DNA of 63,391 nt, filler included, from Babesia bigemina (taxonomy: Eukaryota): assembly GCF_000981445.1 (NCBI RefSeq). It is 8 parts of 8 records of this genome, joined end to end, with 100 filler letters (N's around TTAATTAATTAA, not from the genome) between each part and the next. Parts side by side here need not be neighbours in the genome. Positions count along the whole stretch, not along the records: positions 25,972 to 33,710 come from NW_012237222.1; positions 33,811 to 42,913 come from NW_012237223.1; positions 43,014 to 46,905 come from NW_012237224.1; 5 more parts are not named here. One strand, given 5' to 3'. Under the pieces are notes generated by a model. It was not told the DNA's origin. It saw only the letters and a program-made list of their open reading frames with translations, and made no database searches. The position numbers and the translations under genes are program-made. This document shows, in pieces, positions 33,501 to 46,730 of the stretch (position 1 is its first letter; every line of letters begins with the position of its first letter).

Positions 33501-33710
33501 ATTAAACTTTCTGCCGAGTTCCTTGACATGTGTCAGTAGATCGTTTAGTTCCCTGTATAGAGTGCCGCTTTTTGCTTCGGTGTCGCGATCGGTTTTCCCG
33601 ACCGTGTCGCTCAAGAACATTGCAATTTTCTCGCAAAGTTGCTCAGCGTCACCTTTTAATTTTGACATACCCTTAAATGCGCCTAACGACGTTATTGTGC
33701 TCTCACTCTC
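30570..33710 (-). CDS. ves1: VESA1-like protein, tail type B, 5' part in gap
   Basis: At least 1032 aa; CQPTSPLQSYLNDCLPGHLPH domain, IREPFTYLVLALW TM, AKISYLQP. Confidence 0.85.
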   Translation of the reverse strand, partial: ESESTITSLGAFKGMSKLKGDAEQLCEKIAMFLSDTVGKTDRDTEAKSGTLYRELNDLLTHVKELGRKFNDVKKKCRAVDETLTQWTSKAAEQLSSAKLKANHAINKVANEMKNKITDDLHAVIQKVQNVYQRTMETKLEELKSDVDAQFDKIRIVINDDLESGVKGLLRKLHTNCERIVANDVSVEALSSAFQTVIGPLKDHVDIEVKRLNKESNDKSNPVKHHNAKYADELNQVYRVLRDLLNHITTKKGYDYLFPRLLDELMNAVNRLTPQDFADPNTAILDGIRVGLVGFVNEMRKVYINMYDGATPIDKWETEDPKKKKKEANKDAAENMILTKDGRNGARICVTIMYMIYQQLHELYYFGGKKWKDHKIQGEADRIELERHLRRVGYDVSNLITKDGTGWNVAVRLAKGFVRHNEFNKYPTEFKSLDASMGFAKNHGGLLTQIFEHLETYNAVSHMVLQPKPRSPCNAYEMCIWLTGLPYRPVYDAMLHDVLPSLLENPDKQAKDDDGLEIPLVDSGIEPVTAYPHDITYDGLVTSLHEMCSKSYDVLACIVGTGDAATYYACQYCDNSFNLRYPSDPASCLDMLLDILRRLLPALRFLSTQCSLDAEHGGWQQCEYGKVVPSGKSRCKDHSSDEATCQPKCKANTKANCQPTSPLQSYLNDCLPGHLPHQLADIGCKSKCTTCPAGKPGMPCVTPLGFRAFSGSTKTGKAICDILEDLLKNNVASLLSCLLPRPPSTLAEHFGFALSVVKGWKLGVSADKKGMQSHIESSIDKVSISLYSKPNELTDALSKIYGISQKRNDHSHRVAEPADLSTLSMDQSCMLANEDNVHCGPYLQILCSDSYCYLAKKHSDLYLSWAVDLPWSLYSYLKSLFDSYSSISCQDWGCSRCVDGISCRPGKHGDGYSCRCRSLVRCRGVLSTLYNYGFTFGDAKKLLSDTERRYCRNLYAQLQNVLKSQHFTKLFEECDNFIWTIREPFTYLVLALWSLSLFYLICVMVGRLDVLHIRSHLRIPSSHKITAQSLLAAAQVGRLAKISYLQP

Positions 33711-33810
33711 NNNNNNNNNNNNNNNNNNNNNNNNNNNNNNNNNNNNNNNNNNNNTTAATTAATTAANNNNNNNNNNNNNNNNNNNNNNNNNNNNNNNNNN
33801 NNNNNNNNNN

Positions 33811-34959
33811 CTCTACATCGCTCCCTAACCCACTCTACATCGCTCCTTTATCCACTCCACATCGCCCCTTAACCCACTCTACATCGCCCCTTTACCCACT
33901 CTACATCGCCCCTTAACCCACTCTACATCGCCCCTTAATCCACTCTACATCGCCCCTTTACCCACTCCACATCGCCCCCTAACCCACTCTACATCGCTCC
34001 CTAACCCACTCTACATCGCTCCTTTATCCACTCCACATCGCCCCTTAACCCACTCTACATCGCCCCTTAACCCACTCTACATCGCCCCTTTACCCACTCT
34101 ACATCGCCCCTTAACCCACTCTACATCGCCCCTTAACCCACTCTACATCGCCCCTTTATCCACTCTACATCGCTCCCTTACCCACTCTACATCGCCCCTT
34201 AACCCACTCTACATCGCCCCTTTACCCACTCTACATCGCCCCTTAACCCACTCTACATCGCCCCTTAACCCACTCTACATCGCTCCCTAACCCACTCTAC
34301 ATCGCCCCTTTATCCACTCTACATCGCTCCCTAACCCACTCCACATCGCTCCCTAATCCACTCTACATCGCTCCCTAATCCACTCTACATCGCCCCTTAA
34401 CCCACTCTACATCGCCCCTTAACCCACTCTGCATCGCCCCTTAACCCACTCCACATCGCCCCTTTATCCACCCTACATCGCCCCTTTACCCACCTTACAT
34501 CGCTCCTTTACCCACTCTACATCGCTCCCTAACCCACCCTACATCGCCCCTTTATCCACCTTACATCGCTCCTTAACCCACTCTACATCGCTCCTTAACC
34601 CACCTTACATCGCTCCTTTACCCACTCTACATCGCTCCCTAACCCACTCTACATCGCCCCTTTATCCACTCTTCATCGCCCCTTTATCCACTCTACATCG
34701 CCCCTTATCCACTCTACATCGCTCCCTAACCCACTCCACATCGCCCCTTAATCCACTCCACATCGCCCCTTAACCCACTCTACATCGCTCCCTAACCCAC
34801 TCTACATCGCCCCTTAACCCACTCTACATCGCTCCCTAACCCACTCTACATCGCCCTTTACCCACTCTACATCGCCCCTTAACCACTCTACATCGCCCCT
34901 TTACCCACTCTACATCGCTCCTTAACCCACTCTACATCGCTCCTTAACCCACTCTACAT
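33811..34959 (+). repeat. 22-bp array
   Basis: Same unit. Confidence 0.97.
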
Positions 34960-34988
34960 CCCTTGAATCACCTCGCCATAATACCGCT

Positions 34989-37900
34989 ATGATCTTTTTA
35001 GACCACAATAATAACTTGTGCCTTGTCACCCTTCACTTCCCCTCTTCCACCTCTTGCCACTGCCCTGACCATGTGCCGCCTAGGGAGCTTGGCAAGAAAT
35101 TTGACAAAATTTAAAACCTATAAAATACCTCAAATAACAAGCCTAATAACAATCTTAATAACCTCTGCATCGGCCTCGAAACCTTCCTTGGCTTCAACAA
35201 AGACTCCAAAGGCTACGACGGCCAGGGGATAGTGTACTCTGACCTGGATAGGCTGTGTGACGGGGTGATGGGATTTTTGTATTATTTGCTTAAGGATGTC
35301 AGCGAGAAACAGCCTTACAGTGTGGGCAAAACAATGCTAAAAGATTTTGTTGAGACCGAATTAAAGCCTAAATTATCCACCGGGCGTAAGGGTTTTGAGG
35401 TCATTGAGCAGGTGGCGGGGAAGGTGCGGGAGTATAATGAGAGTGTGAAGCATAGTAACGATGATGTGAAAAATCCCGTCGATGTTTTACTAAGCTTTGT
35501 AAGCGACACAAAAAGTGGTAAGTGGTTTGATAGGGTTCATAAAATTCAGGTAGATAACGCCGATGAGCAAGCAGTGAACAAGGCCGTGCAGTCTGTCAAC
35601 AGCGAGTTGGCGGATTGTAAATATCACGTTGATAAATTTATAATAGACACTTATAACGCACGTAATAGCATTGCAGATCTAAACAGCAACTGTAACAATA
35701 ATGTTAATAGAGCTAAAAATAACATTACGCATGAACGCAAACGGTTGATTGAGCTGTCGGATGAGGAGCAAAGAAAATACGTGGTTATGGCGAAACATAT
35801 AGGAAAAATTATCAATAGTCTCAGAAGAAGTGTCAATATGGTGATTACATCGCAGGTATCCGATTTGGTCGAACAGCTGAAAAATATGGTTAATGAAATT
35901 AGAGGCAAACTTTTGGATGTTCATAAGACGCTTAATACGTGTATTAATACACTGAGCCAATGGATTGATGACGCGCTGAGAATTATAACGGCGGCGGAGG
36001 ATAGAATAAAGAATGACATATTGCCGAGAGTTAAAGATAAACATGAAAAGAATGCTGGTGAAGATACGACTATAACGCAGAAAGTTAACGAGTTAAAAAA
36101 AAGAAGCGAGAAATTGTTAGATGCGTACAAGGAGTCGTATAATGGCCTGAAGGAGTTGAAGAAAAATATCAATAGAGCGGTTGATGCAGTCGAACAGCTC
36201 TACACTAAACGGCTGGAAACGGTGAAAGAGCAAGTGGACAGACTGGTTGAAAGTACTGGTAGACATCTTGGCACTGTAGATGGACATGTAAAACGGGGGT
36301 TATGGCAGGTGAGGAACAACATTAAACTACACTTCGACACGTTTGTTGATGAGTTAGGACGTAAAATTGTGGATGCTTCCAGACAGTCGACGGATGCTTA
36401 CAATACCAGTTCTCGTTATATGTTTTTAAAAAATAATTTGAAAATTGTTGGATTTGAAGGATTGAATGCAGTACTTGAGGATGCCGATACAGTAAACCGT
36501 GATTTCGCTAAAGCTATGGATAATGTATTGTATTATATCAATCAAGCACATATATCTAGAGGGAAACTCAATGGAGAATATTACCTACAGAAGCTTGGTG
36601 AAGGTTTAAAGGATGCAATACATAAGCAGTTTAAGAAGGTGGTAGTTGGAGAAGAGGAAGAAGATATAGATCTTAAAACACTTAACAAGGATTATTACAA
36701 CGAAACTGTGAAAGATGCCGAAGTAGCACACGACAAACTTAGAGGCATGATTCAAGCTTTTAAAGGGCCAGTTGAAAAAGACGGTTTCACTGGTAATGCA
36801 GCATCAGCAAGATTTGTCGCTAAGGATATGCCGGGTTACCGAACAGGCACAATAGGCACGCCAAAAGGTAAAAAAGATGAGTACGACATCGCCTTAAACA
36901 ATGTTGACACCGCGCTTAAAGCATTCGAGACTGAAGGCTGTGTCGATCATATTGAAGGCGAAGAAGCCGACATTCAACAAAAGAAAGATGAACTTGGTGG
37001 CTTCGTCACCGAAATCACTAACGAACTAAATGACATTGGAGTTTTAATTGACAGCACCTCAGGTGTGGTAGTGAACAGACAGATGATGTCTGCAGATCCA
37101 CAAGGCCTCAAGCAGAAGTTCATTGACTTGAGAAGTAAAATCGGCAGAACCATCGGTGTTGAAACAGTCAGGATAGGCACTCTTCAGAAAATTCATGACG
37201 ATATGACTACTTTAAGAGACGGATTAGTGGGCTCAGCGCTCACTAACGCTATTAGCTTCATCAATGAAGACGCTGATGCATTAAGAGAAAAAAAAATTAC
37301 TGAACTTCATGGTACTGTCAATCATGAAGCCGAAATGGCTACTAAACTCCTCACCACTCTTGCGCGGAAACAATACGTCTCCTCCGTCAAGCAGCTCCTC
37401 ACCGCGTTTGCGGACAAGGTAAGCCAGGAGTTGGCGGGGTTGCCGGGGGAGATTGATGAGGATTTGAGGATCGGGTTCAAGGGGTTGATGAGGGTGATGG
37501 GAGGTATGGATAGTGTAACTGGTGAGCCCGTTGAAGGCTCTAGAAGTGCAAGTTTGCTCGACAAAATAAATACAGCTGTATCGTCTCATGGACCAGGTAC
37601 GGCCATGAAGGTCACTTTCGAAAAATTGTCTTCAACATTCAAGGACTATTTTACTCCGATTCACACGTATGTTACTGATCAAATTAATCATGAGACTGCC
37701 TCTGAACCCGAGGCCATCAGAGCTATTACATCCGCCAACCGTGAGCACCTCGCCGATGTCAACACTAAATTCAACAAATTACTCGAACACCTAAAAACTA
37801 TCAATAGTGGCAGAATATACATATCTGATCACAAATTCGTTGGTTTGCGTGAAGACTTTAAGTCCTCCCTCGCCTCCCTCCAACCCTCCGCCTTCGCCAA

Positions 37901-40277
37901 CCCCCGGCACCCGGAGCTGCTCGATGCGGTCAGACAGGGGCTGCAGGGGTTTGTCACGGAGATGGAGCGGGTGTATGTGAACGGGTATGATGGTAGAACA
38001 ATTAAGTGGATTGAAAATGATGGTAAAGAAGATAAATTAACGGTTCACGGAAAAAATGGCGCCAAAGCGTTTCTTAGCATACTCGAGATACTGAGCAGTA
38101 ACATTTTTCATTTGGGAGAGCGGTGTAAAAGTGCGCAGTTTCAAACAATATTTGCATCACATGAGAAACATAAAAATGTTCTCGGTGATTTCCTCAGCGG
38201 CAATGGGTACCAGGTTTCCAAATCATATAATTCCCATGAAGGTGAGCTGAAGAATGAGACCAAGTGCACTGGTACGTACATTTATAAAGAACTATTCAAC
38301 AGTGAGATAAGAAATTTGAAAAATGTTGAACAGGTTAAAGAGTGGAAGAAAGAGATGAAAAGGAAGAATATGTTTACTCATCCTCGTGATAATGATGATA
38401 GCAAGATTACTCTCTTTGATATTACTGATTATTTATACGAATATTTAGAAAAGTACAACGACGTATGCCATCTGTCAACGCTAACTTCGAGGACACACCC
38501 GTGCTCCGTATACGAGATGTTGGTTTGGCTTTCAGGACTACCGCACAGTCCTGTCCATAAACCTAAGCTAGACCTAACTATCCTCAACGTGATAGCAGAC
38601 ATCAACAAACATGAGAAAGATGCTGCTGACAAGGAGGACGTTGAAATAACGGTCGAAATGGGTGACTCCCCTACTTTCTCACTTGCTACACCCAAAGACA
38701 CAACCGTGACTGCCTATCCGAAAAACGTATTGTATGATGACCTAAGAGGCGCGATAACGCACATCTGCGCCACAGCTTATGACGTGTTGGTTACTATTGC
38801 CGGCCACGGGGACGAATTCAACATCTATGCAAGCGATTTCTCAAACAACTCCATGAAGTTCCACTATCCATCAACAGGGGAAGACTGTCTCGACATGTTA
38901 CTTGACATACTTCGCAGGATATTACCAACATTAAGCTTCCTGAAAAGCCAATGTAAGCTTGAAGCTGAACAACACGGTTGGCAATCTTGCAAGTACGGCA
39001 AAAATATTCCTACCATCAAGTCGCATTGTGGCAAGCAACCAGAAACAGAACCAACGTGCAAACCAAAATGCGAGACAAATTGCCAACCAACGTCGCCACT
39101 AATGAGCTATTTGAATGATTGTCTACCTGGTCATTTGCCGCATCACCTTACAAAAATCGGTTGCAAATATGAATGCAACACTTGCCCCTCAACTTCAAAG
39201 AAGGGTATGCCTTGCCTCACACCTCTTGGTTTTAGAGGATTCTCAGGATCCACCCGAATGGGTAAGGATATATGTGACGTACTGGATGCCTTCCTAAGTA
39301 ATGAGCATATATCGTGTATATTTGCTCTGATGCCTATGCCGCCCAAAACATTGCCCGAACATTTAGGATTTGCATTGTCGCTAGTTAAGGAATGGGTGAA
39401 TACTACTAAACTGACAAAAGGTGGAAGAACTACGTTCCCATTCCAGTCCACATTTGAGTCATCCATAGACAAGCTATCCATTAGGCTGTGTCCTTCACCT
39501 TCTTTTCTTACCAATGCCTTGGCAAGTGCATATGGTTCAGAATCTGGTGTGCATCAATATTGCAAAGATCATCATGTTAGAAGTCTGGCAAGCCAGCTCA
39601 TCTGTATAAACGAAAGCAAGAACGTCAAATGCGCGCCTTATCTCACAAATCTCAGCTGCGACTCCTACAATTACCTAGCATACAATCATACTGACACGTA
39701 CGTTTCCTGGGCTGCATACCTCCCGTGGAATTTCTGGGATTGTCTCAACAACCTATACAAAGATTTTTGTGATATTCTTTGCCAAGAATGGGGTTGTCAA
39801 AAATGCCTCCGCGCCGACAAATGCAAACGTGGACAGCATGGTCTCAAAGATGAGAAAACTGAAATTCCTCATTGTCGCTGCCCTTCTATAGTCGGCTGCA
39901 AAGGCGTCACACCTACATTCTATAAGTATGGATTAGCAATTGGTAATGCGTCGGTGTTAAACAAAGTAGACAATGAAAAAACATGCTACGATTTTTGCAC
40001 TCAATTAAGTAAAGTTCTAAAATCGCAATATTTCACCGAACTGTTCGACAAATGCGACGACTTCCTCTTCACCATCCGCGCCCCCTTCATCTGGCTCAAC
40101 GTAGCCCTCTGGCTCCTCTCTTTCCTATACCTCATCCACATCATGGTCGTCCGCCTCGACCTCCTCCACATCAAATCGCACTTACATAGTCCCTCATCTC
40201 ATCGTATTGCTGCTCAATCACTACTCGCCGCTGCACGCGTTAACAAACTGGGCAGGGTGTTTTATCTGCAACCATAA
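34989..40277 (+). pseudogene. ves1: VESA1-like gene, tail type A; leader ATG 34989 with in-frame TAAs at 35112 and 35121, then open to 40277
   Basis: Leader in frame with LCIGLETFLGF/YSDLDRLCDGVM; SPLMSYLNDCLPGHLPH domain; RVFYLQP. Confidence 0.8.
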
Positions 40278-40401
40278 TCGTACTCACGTGTTCACTGTCT
40301 ACACTCACCTAGCATATCACCTACTCACCTAACAAATGAATTGTAATATTATCTGTTGTATCACTCATTAATCGTTGTATGTGATTGTGTAATAGTTAAC
40401 T

Positions 40402-40561
40402 AAAGTGGTGACCAAGATGCTGCCCAAAGTGCTGACCAATGCCATGACCAAAGTGCTGACCAAGGTGTTGACCAATGCCATGACCAGAGTGGTGACCAAT
40501 GCCATGACCAACGTGGTGACCAATGCCATGACCAAAGTGGTGACCAAGCACCTGTCCAAGT
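40402..40561 (+). repeat. 12-bp array
   Basis: Same unit. Confidence 0.93.
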
Positions 40562-40562
40562 T

Positions 40563-41091
40563 GATGGACACGGCAGCGATGACATGGTCACGGCAGCGAT
40601 GACATGGTCACGGCAGCGATGACAGGGATACTGCAGCGATGACATGGACACGGCAGCGATGACATGGTTACGGCAGCGATGACAGTTGATGGTCACGGCA
40701 GCGATGACATGGTCACGGCAGCGATGACATGGTTACGGCGGCGATGACATTGACACGGCAGCGATGACACGGTCACGGCAGCGATGACATGCTCACGGCA
40801 GCGATGACATGGTCACGGCAGCGATGACATGGTTACGGCGGCGATGACATTGACACGGCAGCGATGACATGGTCACGGCAGCGATGACATGGTCACGGCA
40901 GCGATGACATGGTTACGGCAGCGATGACATGGTTACGGCAGCGATGACATGGTCACAGCCGCGATGACATGGACACGGTAGCGATGACATGGTCACAGCC
41001 GCGATGACATGGTTACGGCGGCGATGACATTGACACGGCAGCGATGACACGGTCACGGCAGCGATGACATGGACACGGCAGCGATGACATG
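40563..41091 (+). repeat. 20-bp array
   Basis: Same unit. Confidence 0.96.
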
Positions 41092-41110
41092 GAGACAAGT
41101 GGTGATTATT

Positions 41111-41979
41111 ACCCACTCGACATCGCCCCTTAACCCACTCGACATCGCCCCTTAACCCACTCGACATCGCCCCTTTACCCACTCCACATCGCTCCCTAAC
41201 CCACTCTACATCGCCCCTTATCCACTCTACATCGCTCCTTAACCCACTCTACATCGCTCCTTTACCCACTCTACATCGCTCCTTAACCCACTCTACATCG
41301 CCCCTTATCCACCCTACATCGCTCCTTTACCCACTCTACATCGCCCCTTTATCCACGCTACATAGCTCTTTAACCCACTCTACATCGCTCCCTAATCCAC
41401 TCTACATCGCTCCCTAACCCACTCCACATCGCTCCTTAACCCACTCTACATAGCTCTTTAACCCACTCTACATCGCTCCCTAACCCACTCTACATCGCTC
41501 CTTAACCCACTCTACATCGCTCCCTTATCCACTCTTCATCGCCCCTTTATCCACTCTACATCGCCCCTTAACCCACTCTACATCGCTCCCTTACCCACTC
41601 TACATCGCCCCTTAACCCACTCTACATCGCTCCTTTACCCACTCCACATCGCTCCCTAACCCACTCTACATCGCTCCTCTATCCACTCTACATCGCCCCT
41701 TGATCCACTCTACATCGCTCCTCTATCCACTCTACATCGCTCCCTAACCCACTCTACATCGCTCTTTAACCCACTCTACATCGCTCCTTTACCCACTACA
41801 CATCGCCCCTTTATCCACTCTACATCGCTCCCTAACCCACTCCATATCGCCCCTTTACCCACTCTACATCGCTCCCTAACCCACTCTACATCGCCCCTTA
41901 ACCCACTCTACATCGCCCCTTAACCCACTCTACATCGCTCCTTACCCACTCTACATCGCCCCTTTATCCACCCTACATC
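41111..41979 (+). repeat. 22-bp array
   Basis: Same unit. Confidence 0.97.
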
Positions 41980-42007
41980 CCTCGAATTACTTCGCCATAA
42001 TACCGCT

Positions 42008-42913
42008 ATGACCTCTATAAACCTTTATAATAACTTGTCCCTTGTCACCCTTCCTTCCCCTTCCTCCACCTCTTGCCACTGCCCTGACCATGGGCCGCCT
42101 AGGGAGCTTGACAAGAAATTTGATAAAATTTTTAACCTCAAAAATACCTCAAATAACAACCCTACTAACATCCTTAATAACCTCTGCACCGGCCTCGAGA
42201 CCTTCCTTGGCTTCAACAAAGACTCCAAAGGCTACGACGGCCAGGGGATAGTGTACTCTGACCTGGATAGGCTGTGTGACGGGGTGATGGGATTTTTGTA
42301 TTATTTGCTTAAGGATGTCAGCGAGAAACAGCCTTACAGTGTGGGCAAAACAATGCTAAAAGATTTTGTTGAGACCGAATTAAAGCCTAAATTATCCACC
42401 GGGCGTAAGGGTTTTGAGGTCATTGAGCAGGTGGCGGGGAAGGTGCGGGAGTATAATGAGAGTGTGAAGCATAGTAACGATGATGTGAAAAATCCCGTCG
42501 ATGTTTTACTAAGCTTTGTAAGCGACACAAAAAGTGGTAAGTGGTTTGATAGGGTTCATAAAATTCAGGTAGATAACGCCGATGAGCAAGCAGTGAACAA
42601 GGCCGTGCAGTCTGTCAACAGCGAGTTGGCGGATTGTAAATATCACGTTGATAAATTTATAATAGACACTTATAACGCACGTAATAGCATTGCAGATCTA
42701 AACAGCAACTGTAACAATAATGTTAATAGAGCTAAAAATAACATTACGCATGAACGCAAACGGTTGATTGAGCTGTCGGATGAGGAGCAAAGAAAATACG
42801 TGGTTATGGCGAAACATATAGGAAAAATTATCAATAGTCTCAGAAGAAGTGTCAATATGGTGATTACATCGCAGGTATCCGATTTGGTCGAACAGCTGAA
42901 AAATATGGTTAAT
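42008..42913 (+). CDS. ves1: VESA1-like N-terminal part with open leader, runs into gap
   Basis: MTSINLYNNLSLVTLPSPSSTSCHCPDH.. is open; 42200-42913 matches 35181-35893. Confidence 0.8.
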
Positions 42914-43013
42914 NNNNNNNNNNNNNNNNNNNNNNNNNNNNNNNNNNNNNNNNNNNNTTAATTAATTAANNNNNNNNNNNNNNNNNNNNNNNNNNNNNNN
43001 NNNNNNNNNNNNN

Positions 43014-43602
43014 TACTGACGCCCTCTGGGTGTGTACCTCCGCTGGATTTCCGGAATCCCTGAGTAATTTGTGTGACCCCTTCCAGAACCTTTTCCGGCC
43101 AGACTGGGGATGCCCTACCTGTCTGCCTGCTGAGAAATGTAAGCCTGGACCGCATGGCCTCCTCCAGAAAGTTGAGAATCCACCCGACCAGCCCCCTTGC
43201 CATTGTCCCTCCATGGTTCCGTGCCAGGGTGTATCCGGCACCCTGTACCCGTTCCGTTTCTGTTTTGGTAACGCGGCGACATTAAATAACGAGGCATCGG
43301 CTAAGAAGTGTTCTGATTTCTGCTCTCAGCTGGACAAGGTGTTGAAATCGGAATATTTTGTTAAGCTGTTCAAAGAATGTGACATATTCATTTGGACTAT
43401 CAGAGAACCGTTCACCTACTTGGTTCTCGCGCTCTGGTCACTATCCCTCTTCTACCTCATCTGCGTCATGGTTGGCAGACTGGATGTGCTCCACATCCGC
43501 TCACACCTGAGATCACCATCATCGCACAGGATAACGGCGCAGTCATTGTTGGCTGCTGCGCAAGTCGGAAGGCTTGCCAAGATATCGTACCTTCAACCGT
43601 GA
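43014..43602 (+). CDS. ves1: VESA1-like C-terminus, tail type B (5' in gap)
   Basis: DWGCPTCL..CHCPSMVPC..IREPFTYLVLALW..AKISYLQP*. Confidence 0.8.
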
Positions 43603-43749
43603 TCATCGTCACATTTGTAATTCACGTAACTACTCACTTAGCGAATCACCTACTCACCTAAATAACAAACGTAGTCTAATGTCTCGAATTACTCTAGCGG
43701 CAACCTGTGAACTAGACAGCACCTGGATTAGGTGATGACTACACGACAA

Positions 43750-44296
43750 TGCAAAGTGCTAAGCTAGCACCCAGGCAAGCTGTTAAACTCGCAACCAGGC
43801 TAAGTGGTAAGCTGGCACCAGGCTAAGTGCTAAGCTAGCACACAAGCTAAGTGCTAAGCTAGCACCCAGGCAACGTGCTAAGCTAGCAACCAGGCGAAGT
43901 GCTAAGCTGGCAACCAGGCAACGTGCTAACCTAGCACCCAGGCAAAGTGATAAGCTGGCACCCAGGCAAAGTGCTAAACTGGCACCCAGGCTAAGTGTAA
44001 ACCTAGCACCCAGGCTAAGTGGTAAGCTAGCACACAGGCAACGTGGTAACCTAGCACCCAGGCTAAGTGGTAAGCTGGCACCCAGGTTAAGTGCTAAGCT
44101 AGCACCTAGACAACATGCTAACCTAGCAAACAGGCAAAGTGCTGAGCTAGCAACCAGGCAAAGTGCTGACCTAGCAACCAGGCAAAGTGTTGACCTAGCA
44201 GTCAGGCAAAGTGCTAAGCTGGCACCCAGGCAAAGTGGTAAGCTGGCACTCAGGCAAAGTGCTAAGCAAGCAACCAGGCAAAGTGCTAAGCTAGCA
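43750..44296 (+). repeat. 24-bp array
   Basis: ctagcacccaggcaaagtgctaag variants. Confidence 0.95.
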
Positions 44297-44771
44297 GATG
44301 AACCGTAATTTGGTAGGTGCGTTGAGTTGTGCGTTGACTGTGAGAGGTGTCCGCGTTGCCCATTGAGTGAGTGTCACGTGTGGCTGGGTGATTGGTCGCT
44401 AACGTAGGCGGTCGTGAGGGCCGCGGCGGGTGACCTAAGTCGTGTGTTGCGAGTCACTGGCACGTGGCGTAATCCGCGTTGGTCTGGTTAGGTAGCATTT
44501 ATAGGCGGCAAGGTAGCGATTGTTAATATTACATTTAGGCACGTAGGGGACACGCTCCGCCAGCATGGCGCCGATACCGCGGCTGGTAGCACGGTGCTGC
44601 TGCACCGTGGGAGTTGAGCGCACGGGGCTCGTTGCGATTTTGATGGCGTTGCGAATAGTGAATAATATAGAGTGACAGTTGCTGCTGATCACATGCGTCG
44701 TGTTAGGCGCAGCTGTGGTATCCTGGTCAGCGTGGGTGTCGGTGGCCCGGGCTGGGGGGACACAGGGGTGA
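44297..44771 (+). repeat. ~500-bp conserved element, copy 4 (small deletion near 44318)
   Basis: Matches 14959-15471. Confidence 0.9.
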
Positions 44772-45293
44772 GGTACGTGTTGCAGTTGGTGAGTGCGTTG
44801 CTTGAGTTATTGATATGCTCGCAGGTTGAGGGGAGTGGGCGCGGCAGTGGCACGTGTTGCAGTTGGTGAGTGCGTTGCTTGAGTGACTGATATGCTTGCA
44901 GGTTGAGGGGACTGGGAGCGGCAGTGGTAGTGTTGCAGTTGGTGAGTGCTGCTCGAGTGATTGATAAGTTTGCAGGCTGAGGGGACTGGGAGCGGCAGTG
45001 GTAGTGTTGCGGTTGGTGAGTGTTGCTTGAGTGATTGATATGTTCGCAGGCTGACGGGACTGGGCGCGGCAGTGGCACGTGTTGCAGTTGGTGAGTGCGT
45101 TGCTAGGTGATTGATATGTTCGCAGGTTGAGGGGACTGGGAGCGGCAGTGTACGTGTTGCAGTTGGTGAGTGCGTTGCTAGGTGATTGATATGTTAGTAG
45201 GTTGAGGGGACTGGGAGCGGCAGTGGTAGTGTTGCAGTTGGTGAGTGCGTTGATAGGTGACTGATATGTTCGCAGGTTGAGGGGAGTGGGAGC
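44772..45293 (+). repeat. ~75-bp tandem repeat
   Basis: Same unit. Confidence 0.94.
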
Positions 45294-45295
45294 GT

Positions 45296-45408
45296 CAGCG
45301 ATGACATGGACACGGCAGCGATGACATGGTCACGGCAGCGATGACTGGTTACGGCAGCGATGACTAGGTCACGGCAGCGATGACATGGTAACGGCAGCGA
45401 TGACATGG
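45296..45408 (+). repeat. 20-bp array
   Basis: Same unit. Confidence 0.92.
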
Positions 45409-45428
45409 TGAGCTAAGTGGTATTTATC

Positions 45429-46538
45429 ACCCACTCTACATCGCCCCTTTATCCACTCCACATCGCTCCTTAACCCACTCTACATCGCCCCTTAACCCAC
45501 TCCACATCGCTCCTTTATCCACTCTACATCGCCCCTTAACCCACTCTACATCGCTCCCTTACCCACTCTACATCGCCCCTTATCCACTCTTCATCGCTGC
45601 TTTATCCACTCTACATCGCTCCCTAACCCACTCCACATCGCTCCTTAACCCACTCTACATCGCTCCTCTATCCACTCCACATCGCCCCTTTATCCACTCT
45701 ACATCGCCCCTTAACCCACTCTACATCGCTCCCTTACCCACTCTACATCGCCCCTTATCCACTCTTCATCGCTGCTTTATCCACTCTACATCGCTCCCTA
45801 ACCCACTCCACATCGCTCCTTAACCCACTCTACATCGCTCCTCTATCCACTCCACATCGCCCCTTTACCCACTCTACATCGCCCCTTAACCCACTCTACA
45901 TCGCTCCCTAATCCACTCTACATCGCTCCTTAACCCACTCCACATCGCTCCTTAACCCACTCTACATCGCTCCTCTATCCACTCCACATCGCCCCTTTAC
46001 CCACTCTACATCGCCCCTTAACCCACTCTACATCGCTCCCTAATCCACTCTACATCGCTCCTTAACCCACTCCACATCGCTCCTTAACCCACTCCACATC
46101 GCTCCCTAACCCACTCCACATCGCTCCCTAATCCACTCTACATCGCTCCTTTATCCACTCCACATCGCCCCTTTACCCACCCTACATCGCTCCCTAACCC
46201 ACTCTACATCGCTCCCTAACCAACTCTACATCGCTTCTTTATCCACTCTACATCGCCCCTTTATCCACTCTACATCGCCCCTTTATCCACTCTTCATCGC
46301 TCCCTAACCCACTCTACATCGCCCCTTTACCCACTCCACATCGCCCCTTACCCACTCTACATCGCCCCTTAACCCACTCTACATCGCCCCTTAACCCACT
46401 CCACATCGCCCCTTAACCCACTCTACATCGCTCCCTAACCCACTCTTCATCGCTCCCTAACCCACTCTCCATCGCTCCCTAACCCACTCTCCATCGCTCC
46501 CTAATCCACTCTACATCGCTCCCTAATCCACTCTACAT
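45429..46538 (+). repeat. 22-bp array
   Basis: Same unit, with internal higher-order duplication (about 175-bp blocks near 45527 and 45702). Confidence 0.97.
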
Positions 46539-46730
46539 CCACCGAATTACCTTGCCATAATACCGCTATGACCTTCTTTCACCATTATAATAACTTGTGC
46601 CTTGTCACCCTTCACTTCCCTCTTCCACCTCTTGCCACTGCCATGTCCCATCATCTTACCCTATTTCCAAAACACTCGAATTATCTTGTCTTATTAACGC
46701 TATGACCTCTTTAAACCATCCTAATAACTT

